This document shows positions 39,381-47,700 of a stretch of 64,000 nucleotides of DNA, in pieces. Position numbers and translations under genes: made by a program. The notes under the pieces were generated by a model that was given only the letters and a program-made list of their open reading frames with translations, did not search any database and was not told where the DNA came from. The stretch lies in contig CBDBDH010000002.1 of assembly GCA_965203725.1 (NCBI GenBank), positions 264,215-328,214 on the forward strand, read 5' to 3'. The number at the start of each line of letters is the position of its first letter. Positions within the stretch are counted from its first letter, which is position 1. The stretch comes from Gammaproteobacteria bacterium. Lineage in GTDB: Bacteria > Pseudomonadota > Gammaproteobacteria > UBA4575.

Positions 39381-40502
39381 GTGTACTTTCATCAAATGGT
39401 GAAAGTACCTGAAACAGAGAAACAGGTAGAGGGTGCGATGGTGGACGCGGTGCGTGCCCTCCTTGAGCATGTCCCGAACACACAGATCATTGGCGTTCGC
39501 CACGCGCTGCATCTCAAGGCCGACTACCGGCTCGATGCCAGGATCGATATAGATCACGATGGAAATCGCTATGCGCTCCTCATGGAGATCAAGTCAGATG
39601 GAGCGCCGCGCTTTGCCCGTTCCGCGGTCTATCAGCTCGAGAGCTACATCGCGCATTTGCATCGATCCGAACACCAGGACGACACCGGGCAGTTCATTCC
39701 GATGCTGGTGAGCCCCTATTTGTCTCCGGTGTCGCGCTCCATCTGCCTCGATCACAATGTCGCCTACCTCGACTTCTACGGTAACGCCCAGCTTGCTTTC
39801 GGCTCCGTCTATATCGAGCGGTCCGTACCGGACAGACCGAAGTCTGAAATCCGCACCCAGCGGTCATTGTTCACTCCAAGGGCGGGCGCAATCCTGCGAG
39901 TTCTCCTGCGCGACCCGACCCGCGCATGGCGCGTCACGGACTTGGCTGAGGCAGCCAACTCCAGTCTCGGGCACGTAAGCAATGTCCGCCAAGCACTGCT
40001 CAACCGGGAATGGATCGAAATACGAGACGACGGTCTCGTCCTTGTCCAGCCGGATGCGCTGCTGAAGTCTTGGCGCGAAAACTACCGTCAACCCGCCGGT
40101 CGTCACGTCAGCGGATACACAAGCCTGCACGGGGACCAGCTGCGCAATCGCCTGTCGGGAAGCCTGAACCCGGGACCGCAACCCCCGCGTGCAATCTGCG
40201 CATTAAACTCGGCTGCCCAGTGGATTGCGCCATACGTCCGAGGCGGCACGCAGAGCTTTTACGCAGACGAACCCGGGGTGCAGATGCTGCAAGAAACGCT
40301 GCAACTGACTCATGCCGCCCAAGGTGCCAACGTGATCCTTCGCATCCTCAAGGATGAAACCCTGTTTGAAGACGCCGTCCAGCCGGTGCCGGGCATCTAC
40401 TGCGCAAATCCGGTAGTCACCTACCTCGATCTGTGGAATAGCAACGATCGGGGTCGAGAGGCTGCCGACCATCTGGCCACGAAGTGTTTTTCATGGTTGT
40501 GA
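39381..40502 (+). CDS. Putative wHTH-containing partner or regulator of the DUF1814 nucleotidyltransferase (AbiEi-like?)
   Basis: High-GC ORF overlapping the downstream gene by 19 nt. The internal segment RVLLRDPTRAWRVTDLAEAANSSLGHVSNVRQAL looks like a winged helix. Start uncertain (GTG 39381, ATG 39396 or ATG 39438). Confidence 0.4.
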   Translation: MYFHQMVKVPETEKQVEGAMVDAVRALLEHVPNTQIIGVRHALHLKADYRLDARIDIDHDGNRYALLMEIKSDGAPRFARSAVYQLESYIAHLHRSEHQDDTGQFIPMLVSPYLSPVSRSICLDHNVAYLDFYGNAQLAFGSVYIERSVPDRPKSEIRTQRSLFTPRAGAILRVLLRDPTRAWRVTDLAEAANSSLGHVSNVRQALLNREWIEIRDDGLVLVQPDALLKSWRENYRQPAGRHVSGYTSLHGDQLRNRLSGSLNPGPQPPRAICALNSAAQWIAPYVRGGTQSFYADEPGVQMLQETLQLTHAAQGANVILRILKDETLFEDAVQPVPGIYCANPVVTYLDLWNSNDRGREAADHLATKCFSWL

Positions 40503-41350
40503 GGGAACTCCAGGCCGCTGGTGAGTACGATGACCGGACGACAGCCGCGGTCAAGTCCGTACTCATCGAGATCGGCCAGATTCTTGGCAGCTTCAAAGGC
40601 AAGTTTGCGATCATCGGCGGCGCTGTTCCCTGGCTGTTGCTGGGCGAAGCCGAGATGCAGCACGTCGGCACCGTCGATGTCGACCTCGGCCTCGATCCGG
40701 CTGCTTTGGGCGATAGTGAATACGCTCGGCTCGTCGAAGCCCTCCGGGAACACGGCTACCTTCAACGAGACAATTTGCGGCGCTTTCAGTTGGTACGGAC
40801 TGTCCCGGCCAGTGATGGCGGGCCCGACATTGACGTCGTCGTCGATTTCTTGATGCCGCGCGATGCCGAGATTACAAGGAATACGCCGCCGCTGATCAGC
40901 GAATTTGCCGTCCAGCGTGCGGACGGCGCAGACCTGGCGCTCAACTTCTATCAAATGGTCGCTATCGAGGGACACATGCCGGACGGTGCCCAAAATCGCG
41001 TCAACATCGCGGTGGCATCGATCCCAGCCCTTCTCGCTATGAAAGGTTACGCCATCGCCAACCGTCTGAAACGCAAGGATGCCTACGACATCTACTTCTC
41101 CGTGAGGAACTTCCCGGAGGGAATTGATGCCCTCGTCGAAGCAACCCGGCCACTTCTCGATGTCGAGTCGGCCCTCCAGGGGTACCGCTCTATCGGTGAC
41201 AAGTTTCGGAATGTCGAAGATTTCGGACCGTCGAGCGTGAGAACGTTCGTTGAGGGTTCCGACCTGCTTGGCGACCGTACGGCAGACCAATGGCAGCAGG
41301 ATGCCTTTGGACAGGTCGACGCCTGGCTCAGGGGCCTGGGACTGAAATAG
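40484..41350 (+). CDS. Nucleotidyltransferase of the DUF1814 / AbiEii-AbiGii toxin family
   Basis: FAIIGGAVPWLLLGEAEMQHVGTVDVDLG matches the hGG...D-x-D minimal nucleotidyltransferase motif of DUF1814 proteins; 288 aa. Confidence 0.65.
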   Translation: MFFMVVRELQAAGEYDDRTTAAVKSVLIEIGQILGSFKGKFAIIGGAVPWLLLGEAEMQHVGTVDVDLGLDPAALGDSEYARLVEALREHGYLQRDNLRRFQLVRTVPASDGGPDIDVVVDFLMPRDAEITRNTPPLISEFAVQRADGADLALNFYQMVAIEGHMPDGAQNRVNIAVASIPALLAMKGYAIANRLKRKDAYDIYFSVRNFPEGIDALVEATRPLLDVESALQGYRSIGDKFRNVEDFGPSSVRTFVEGSDLLGDRTADQWQQDAFGQVDAWLRGLGLK

Positions 41351-41448
41351 TCATGACCGGAACCTCGAATGCCAGAATCCGTACAGTGGGCATGCCGACC
41401 CGCGAGACGGGGTGATGGTGGTGGTGCTCCCAACAGTTGCTGCTCCTA

Positions 41449-41503
41449 CCTGCGTGGAAGGTCGCTCGACAACCTCGATCATTGATTCCATTCAGAGTGC
41501 CTG
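41449..41503. repeat. Right copy of the approximately 54-bp direct repeat (displaced original hldE 3' end / att site)
   Basis: See the left copy. Here the sequence is non-coding in context yet retains the hldE C-terminal reading frame up to TGA. Confidence 0.65.
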
Positions 41504-41536
41504 ACTTCAGCAGTGACACCTGTTCAGGCTTGCCTC

Positions 41537-41647
41537 CTAGCGGTCGATGTAACGGCGGTACGTGCGCGCGCATACACCCAGCAGCCGCGCCGTCGCCTGG
41601 CTGAGGCGGCGTTGCGTCCAACCCTCATACGCTTCCTCAAACCTCAT
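41537..41647 (-). pseudogene. IS-element transposase N-terminal HTH fragment (36 codons then stop)
   Basis: The minus-strand translation is MRFEEAYEGWTQRRLSQATAARLLGVCARTYRRYIDR followed by a stop. This is the typical N-terminal HTH of an IS transposase; nothing further follows. Confidence 0.35.
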
Positions 41648-41815
41648 TCTCCGGATCTCCTGTACCACGCTGTCCGTCTCATCGGGTACCGCCTTAGAGG
41701 CCCCATGAAAACCGGACAGATCATGTGCTCCCTACAGTGATTTAGTCCTAGCGTTCAAATTTGCCCGCAGAGAGGGTATTTTGGTATGCCTGAATCATCT
41801 TGGGCATGGTGTAAA

Positions 41816-41836
41816 ACGTGAACTACAAGTTCACGT
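41816..41836. promoter_or_regulatory. Perfect palindrome ACGTGAACT-ACA-AGTTCACGT
   Basis: Read in the sequence. Shares the half-site AGTTCAC with the palindrome at 42617-42630; both flank the XRE-HTH gene. Confidence 0.3.
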
Positions 41837-42144
41837 CGATGGTTTCATCCCATACAACCCAGCATGAGACAGGATGCAGCAGCCTATGGCCTACACGTTT
41901 ACTGAGCGGTAAGCCCGTAAGCTTTATCCAGAGTTCACTGTGGGGGTGGCCCGATGAATGAGGCCCATCGGATCCCAAACCATCAAGGGAGGTCTGATTT
42001 AGTTTCCGAGAGGTGATTTCTGCAGATCATGGAGTTCAGCCGGTCCAGAGGATCAATAAGAATGCTGTCGGCGGCCATCGCTCTCAAAATGCAGCTGACC
42101 GACAATACGCTTTGCCTGCCCAAGTGCGACGATGGCTTCAGGCA

Positions 42145-42534
42145 TCAGAAGCCGACTCCTTCATCGTCCACGCTAGCACTTTTTGAATCGCTTCGGCGAT
42201 TGGGTGCGAGTTGATCAGGTATCTTTCTCCGCTTAGTTCCAATTCGCTTGGGTAACAGGTTGCGCTCCAGCAGTAATGCCGTATCGTCCGAGGCGGGATC
42301 AAGCAGGTCGCCGATACGGTCGATTTCTCCAAGAACCAGGCATGCCATCGCCAGGGTTCCCGTACTGACACCGTCATCGCCTTTTTCAAGGCGCGTGATC
42401 GTACGGGCTGACACACCAACACGGTCGGCAAAATCCTGGACAGCAATCCTGCGCTTCAATCGTGCTGTTTTCAGGTTCTCAGCCATCTGGCGCAATGCTA
42501 TTTGTGCACGTTTGGATTTTATTTTGTCTGACAT
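42145..42534 (-). CDS. XRE-family helix-turn-helix transcriptional regulator (antitoxin-like)
   Basis: RAQIALRQMAENLKTARLKRRIAVQDFADRVGVSARTITRLEKGD is a Cro/C1-type HTH. Its stop overlaps (ATGA) a short degraded downstream ORF. Confidence 0.7.
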   Translation of the reverse strand: MSDKIKSKRAQIALRQMAENLKTARLKRRIAVQDFADRVGVSARTITRLEKGDDGVSTGTLAMACLVLGEIDRIGDLLDPASDDTALLLERNLLPKRIGTKRRKIPDQLAPNRRSDSKSASVDDEGVGF

Positions 42535-42616
42535 ATTTGTCTCCTAATAAATTATTATATGACAAATATGTCGGTTATAAAGAAAATGTTAAATATTTCT
42601 CTATAAATTTCACTAT

Positions 42617-42630
42617 GGAAGTTCACTTCC
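42617..42630. promoter_or_regulatory. Palindrome GGAAGTTCACTTCC in the AT-rich region upstream of the XRE gene
   Basis: Perfect 14-bp inverted repeat containing the AGTTCAC / GTGAACT half-site. Confidence 0.3.
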
Positions 42631-42877
42631 AAACAAAGGAATCGGTCATGTACAAAGGCAAACGGGTGTTCTCTCGGGTCATGGAGCATGCGCCCCAGCA
42701 TCCCGACTTCCTGTACATCTCCCATGAGTTGAGCAGCACCTGTGCATCAAGTCGTTCTTCGGCACCTCCGGGAATGCCGTGAAGCCCCAGACCTGGGCTG
42801 CGGTGGCCGTCCACGTACTGGCTTTCGCAGTACTGTTGTCGCAGATGGAAGAACCGACAGGGACACGGGGAAAACCA

Positions 42878-42910
42878 CCCAAGAAACTACCCAAGAAACT
42901 ACCCAAGAAA
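42878..42910 (+). repeat. Tandem 12-bp repeat CCCAAGAAACTA, about 2.8 copies
   Basis: Read directly in the sequence. It encodes PKKLPKKLPKKK inside a short, probably spurious ORF (42779..42985). Confidence 0.6.
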
Positions 42911-43058
42911 AAAATTCTTGCTTTATTACGTGAGCATCCTGAGCTTACCCGAAGGGCCCGAAATCCAAGATTGCTTACTCTCTGAATGAGAAATCTTCTA
43001 AGATAGGTGGCAATATCTCAGATATAGCGTGAGATTAAATGCCGAAAAAGTCGGATAA

Positions 43059-43071
43059 GTGACATTGTCAC
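43059..43071. promoter_or_regulatory. Palindrome GTGACA-T-TGTCAC upstream of the DUF433 gene
   Basis: 6-bp perfect arms, about 140 nt upstream of the ATG at 43210; candidate operator. Confidence 0.25.
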
Positions 43072-43209
43072 AAGCAAGCTTAATATTCGTGGGGCAGCAA
43101 CTGAGCTACTGGAATCGAGACCGATTGTAGCCGAAGATGGACGCGAGAGCGTCCAAACCAAGTTCAATCCACGATTTTCCAGCAACATGTTGGGAAAGGA
43201 GGAAAACTT

Positions 43210-43437
43210 ATGACGAACTGGACAGACTGTCCTGCGGTGGAACGTAATCCCCGCAAGATCAGTGGCGACTGGGCCTTCGCGGGAACCCGGGTGCCGGTAT
43301 ATGCCCTTTTCGAGAACATCGAGAGCGGCGCCACTGTCAAGGAGTTTCTTGAATGGTACCCCGAGGTGAAGGCGTGGCAGGTTGCCGCTGTCCTCAAACA
43401 CGAAGCTGAATCCCTCAAGACGTTCGCCGAGGCGTGA
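43210..43437 (+). CDS. DUF433-family protein (putative antitoxin)
   Basis: AAAGGAGGA ribosome-binding site. ISGDWAFAGTRVPVYALFENIESGATVKEFLEWYPEV is the DUF433 core. The stop overlaps the GTG of the next ORF. Confidence 0.7.
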   Translation: MTNWTDCPAVERNPRKISGDWAFAGTRVPVYALFENIESGATVKEFLEWYPEVKAWQVAAVLKHEAESLKTFAEA

Positions 43438-43751
43438 AAATCCTGTTTGACCACGGGACGCCAGCGCCCCTTAGGCGACACCTCGAAGGACATATCGTGG
43501 ACCGTTCCGCAGAGAAGGGATGGGAGTTGCTAGAGAATGGAGAACTGATCCGCGGGGCTGAAGAAGACGGCTATGAAATCATCGTCACCACGGACCAGAA
43601 CATGCGGCACTAGCAAAACCTGGCCAGTAGCAAGTTGGCAATCATCGTGCTGATGGCCACGGCATGGCCACGCGTGCAGCATCGAACGAAAGAGGTCCTT
43701 GAGGCCATCGAGGAAGTGCGTCCGGGCGAGGTTCGGGAAGTCCCGATCTGA
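43434..43751 (+). pseudogene. DUF5615 (PIN-like, Mut7-C type) partner gene interrupted by an in-frame TAG at 43611-43613
   Basis: MKILFDHGTPAPLRRHLEGHIVDRSAEKGWELLENGELIRGAEEDGYEIIVTTDQNMRH is followed by a TAG stop. The frame then continues in the family-typical way (...KLAIIVLMATAWP...) to TGA at 43749-43751. Confidence 0.5.
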
Positions 43752-44108
43752 TTGCATGCCTGTCTGTGTCATGTGACTCACGGATGGGGTGGTCCATATG
43801 CCCGGATGAAATAGCCAAATGCGATACGCGTTGAAGCTAAGTAGTCCTTTTAGAAATCTTGGCAATAATAACCTCGTGAAAACACCTTAGAGATCAGATC
43901 AACGCTATGAAAGTTTGCTAGGTTATCTTGAGACGCAGTTCATGCATTGACCTATTGTCAGATACTGGCTTATGCCACTGTTCTGCAACATGTGTAAGTA
44001 AGGCTTGCAATCCTCGGGAACATTCTCCGTAGCATGCAGTCATAACTATAGGCAAAACAGGCAGTTCCCTACCTGCTCGGGGCTTGCTGGAAGGAAGGTT
44101 TTGCTCCC

Positions 44109-44130
44109 GATAGCTATAACTATCGGGATT
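44109..44130. repeat. Hairpin CCCGATAG-CTATAA-CTATCGGG (first of two related hairpins; the second is at 44611-44632)
   Basis: Both are embedded in the similar context CTCCCGATA...TATCG(G/C)G about 500 bp apart; further GC-rich palindromes (GGGCTGCCATCGCAGCCC) lie between them. Confidence 0.4.
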
Positions 44131-44774
44131 AAATTTGTAAAGCGGAATCGTTTTTCCGGCAGGGCTGCCATCGCAGCCCGCAGCCACTTCATGCCTGTTC
44201 AATGATAACTCCCTGAATCCATGGAAGTAAAATGGGGCAAATCCGCTCACGCTGGGGCAGGCAGGCGTCCAGCAGCCTGACCGGTCTGCGCGATTTTTAC
44301 TCCTGATAACATCATGCGGTCCCGGCTGCAGTTCCTCCCGGAATGTATGCACAGAAAACCCCTGGGCACGCACATGCATGCATGCCCGCCCGATCCACTC
44401 GGCCAACTGCGGCGATCCACTACGCTCAGGTCATCGACGTTGTCTCCGGCTCATCTCCTGTGCTGCAGTTCGGCCAGTTGGGCCGCCCCGCTTCTTTTGG
44501 CCAGCAGCTGCTCCCCCCAACGTCCTTCAGGCAGCTGGCCAAACGCACGCCCAGCCCCGCATCGGGCGAGGTGCATGCGAGGACCTCCACATCACTGATA
44601 CAAGCCCCGGAAGTTTACTCCCGATATTTATAGTTATCGCGAATAAAAAAGGATAATTCATGTACCACATTTTTGGGGACCCGGATTTGTCGTTATTACA
44701 TCCTGAAACTTGGGTATTCCAAATTAAGATCGCGATCGGGGTAATCACCCGCCGCCCCAAGATCTAGGAGGCGC

Positions 44775-47700
44775 ATGATACCCGTCTCGCCCGGATCGGA
44801 CTCTAGGCAATCACCTCCCTTGCCATCTCTACAGGCTCGTGCATTTTCCAGGCGGGCGGCTCTCTCGTGTGCAATGCTTTTGATGAGTAATCTGTACGCA
44901 GGGTATGCCCATGCGGCCGACGTATGCCATAACTCGCCAGCGCAAGGGGACAGGATCGTATGTACAAAAGAGGGGGACACATCGACCGGTAATATCGACA
45001 TTGACGTCGTCGGCCTCGACATCGATACGACGGCGGATGAGGGGAGTCAAGGGACCAACGACGGCGGACATGGGGTAATTCTTAAACACGAAGGCAGCGG
45101 GAACATTGAACTCGATATCGCCGGAACCACCACAGGAGGCACCACGACGCCGTCGACCATTGACACGACGGGCGACAGTGCTGTGGGCATTGTGCTTTGG
45201 CATGTGGATTTACAGTCCAGCAATGGCCGGTCAGGAAACATCACCGCTACACTGTCAGACACCGAAATCAATACATCAGGCGCTGGCAGCACTGGTGCAC
45301 AAGGGATCTGGGCCCGCAACTCGGGCAATGGCCATGTGACTCTAAACCTGAATCCAGGTGTCACGATTGGTACGGGTGGAAGTAATGCGACTGGCGTGTA
45401 CCTGGTATCGGATAATGCCGTGGCAAACCAAAATAACGATGTGATCCTCAACGCTCGAGGGATCACTATCACGACACAAGGAGGTGGAACCTTATCTAAC
45501 ACGATCTGGGCCGAGCGGATAGTTGGACCAGGAGATGTCCGCCTGGACATCAGGGACAGCACGCTTAGCACGACAGGCGATTTCCTGTATGGAATCCGTG
45601 CCAACAACAGTGGTGGCCAAAATAGCGTTGGTGATGTCGACATTGACCTTGTGGGTGGACGCATCACGACAGGGGGCTACCTTGCCCATGGCATCTATGC
45701 GCATCGCCAGAATGACAACAGCCTTTCGGGTACCCCTTCCGGCAATATCGAGATCACGTCCCGAAACCACACCATCGAGACGACCGGCACAGCCCATCAT
45801 GCGGGCCTACAGGGCACTTACTCATACGGCATACTCGCGGCTCACGAAAGCGACGGCAACACTGTCATCGACCTGGGGGAAGGATCCTCCGTGATTACGC
45901 ACGGCAAGAACTCTCACGGCATCGTGACCTACCACTACGGTACAGAAAACACCCGGAGCATGGACGTTACCGTCAGCGGTACGATCACCGTGAATGGTGA
46001 AGCCGCACAGGGCGTCCGTGTAGGAACAATCAGAGGCGGTGCCCTTGAGCGTATGGCTGCACTGGACAGTGAAGGTTACCGCCGGCACACGGTGACGGTG
46101 AACGGACCAATCACGAGTACCGGTGAAGGCGTGTATCTGGTCAACGGCGGGCGGGTGATCATCGGACCACAGGGCAGCATCAGTTCCGGTTCGGGAATCG
46201 CGATCCTCGCAACGGGCACCGTGCCAGAGGACAACACCGACCCACAGAATATTATCCCGGCTATACCGCCGAAGCTGCGGGTCGACCTGAACCTGGGGGG
46301 TCGACGGGTGTCGGAGGCGATTGGCGATGACTGGATTCTCAACGATGGCGGTGAAACCACGCTGGCCGTGAACAGTATCGTGCTGCACGACGGTGCGACC
46401 GGCAATACTGGCAACACGGCAAGAAACGGCGTCTGGGATGTAACCCTGGCTAGTCCGGGTGTATCGGTCACCGACCGCACCACGGACCCGTGGACCACGG
46501 CTGCATCCACTGCGCCTGCGGACCGTGACTTTCGGGCGGCAGATTTCAATGAGGTCGAAGCCAATTGCCCCACCGGCCAGATCGGCACACCACCGAATTG
46601 CAGAACGCCCCCACCTCCTACACCACGTCGGCCTCCTCCTGAACCTGAACCCGAGCCCCAGGTGCATCAGGTGAATGAAGCGATATCCGCTGGGACGGAT
46701 GCCCCGGCAGGTGTGGTGGTCCAGGGGGACGGCGAGGTATACATCGGGGCGCAGGGCCGCATCGAGGCGGCCTCCGGCATCGCCATCCTGGCCACCGGAG
46801 ACGACCCGGACCTGCTGGTGGACATCGACCTCGATGGCCGTCAGGTCCGCGAGGTGATCGGGGATGACTGGATTATCAATGACGGCGGCGGCACCACCCT
46901 CGTGATCAATGACGTGAAGCTGCACGACGGGGAAGCTGGCGTAGTTCCGGAAGCCTCGGCCCCGAACGGCGTATTTAATGTGCGGGTCCTGGCCGAAGGC
47001 GTACAGGTGCTGGACCGTACAGACCCGGATCCTGCAAACTGGAACGTGAGTCTGCGGCAAGCTGGCGTTGTTGCCGACCGGGACTTTGCCTCGGCGGACT
47101 TTGTCGAGACCCGGGAGGAGCCCGAGCCCCAGCCCCCGATGCTCATTGAGGAGTACGCCCCGCGGGCAGCCCTTTATGAAGCGCTGCCCGAGTTCCTGCT
47201 GGGCCTGCAAACGAGAACACCGGGAGGTGCGTACCGGGTTCTGCTGAAGCCGCCGAGGTGGATTGAGTTGCGGGGCAGTTCCGGGTCGCAGGACTTTGAT
47301 CGTTCGACCGTGGGCGCGAAGTACGATGCGGAGCATCTGGCCGTGGAAGCGGGCGGGACGGTACTGGAAAGTGAGCACTGGAATGTCGGTGCCTCGCTGC
47401 ACCACGTCACGGGCTCTGCGGACGTGTCATCGCCGGTCAGGGGCGGGGACATCCGTGTGAAGGGCGTGGGCCTCTCGTTCGATGCCCACCGGCACAGTGG
47501 GCACGGCCACTATACCGCCGCCCGTGTTTCATGGACGAACTACTACGACCTGGACATCTCCTCGGACACGGTGGGACGGCTCATCTCGGAGGTGGATGCC
47601 GACTCCCTGGCCCTGAATGTGGAGGCCGGGCGGCGGATACGCCAGGGAGAGGACCGCACCTGGTACACACCGCATGTTTGGCTGGGCTACACGAGAGTAT

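Noticed and set aside
42878-42910. Short tandem repeat as possible CRISPR array
   Set aside because: Units are 12 bp and directly adjacent without spacers. No cas genes are present, and the repeat sits inside a low-complexity ORF (PKKLPKKLPKKK).
43918-44406. 162-aa minus-strand ORF between the two hairpin repeats
   Set aside because: No family resemblance, Cys/Pro/Arg-rich composition typical of GC-rich non-coding translation, and surrounded by palindromes. Kept only as part of a finding, not as a gene.
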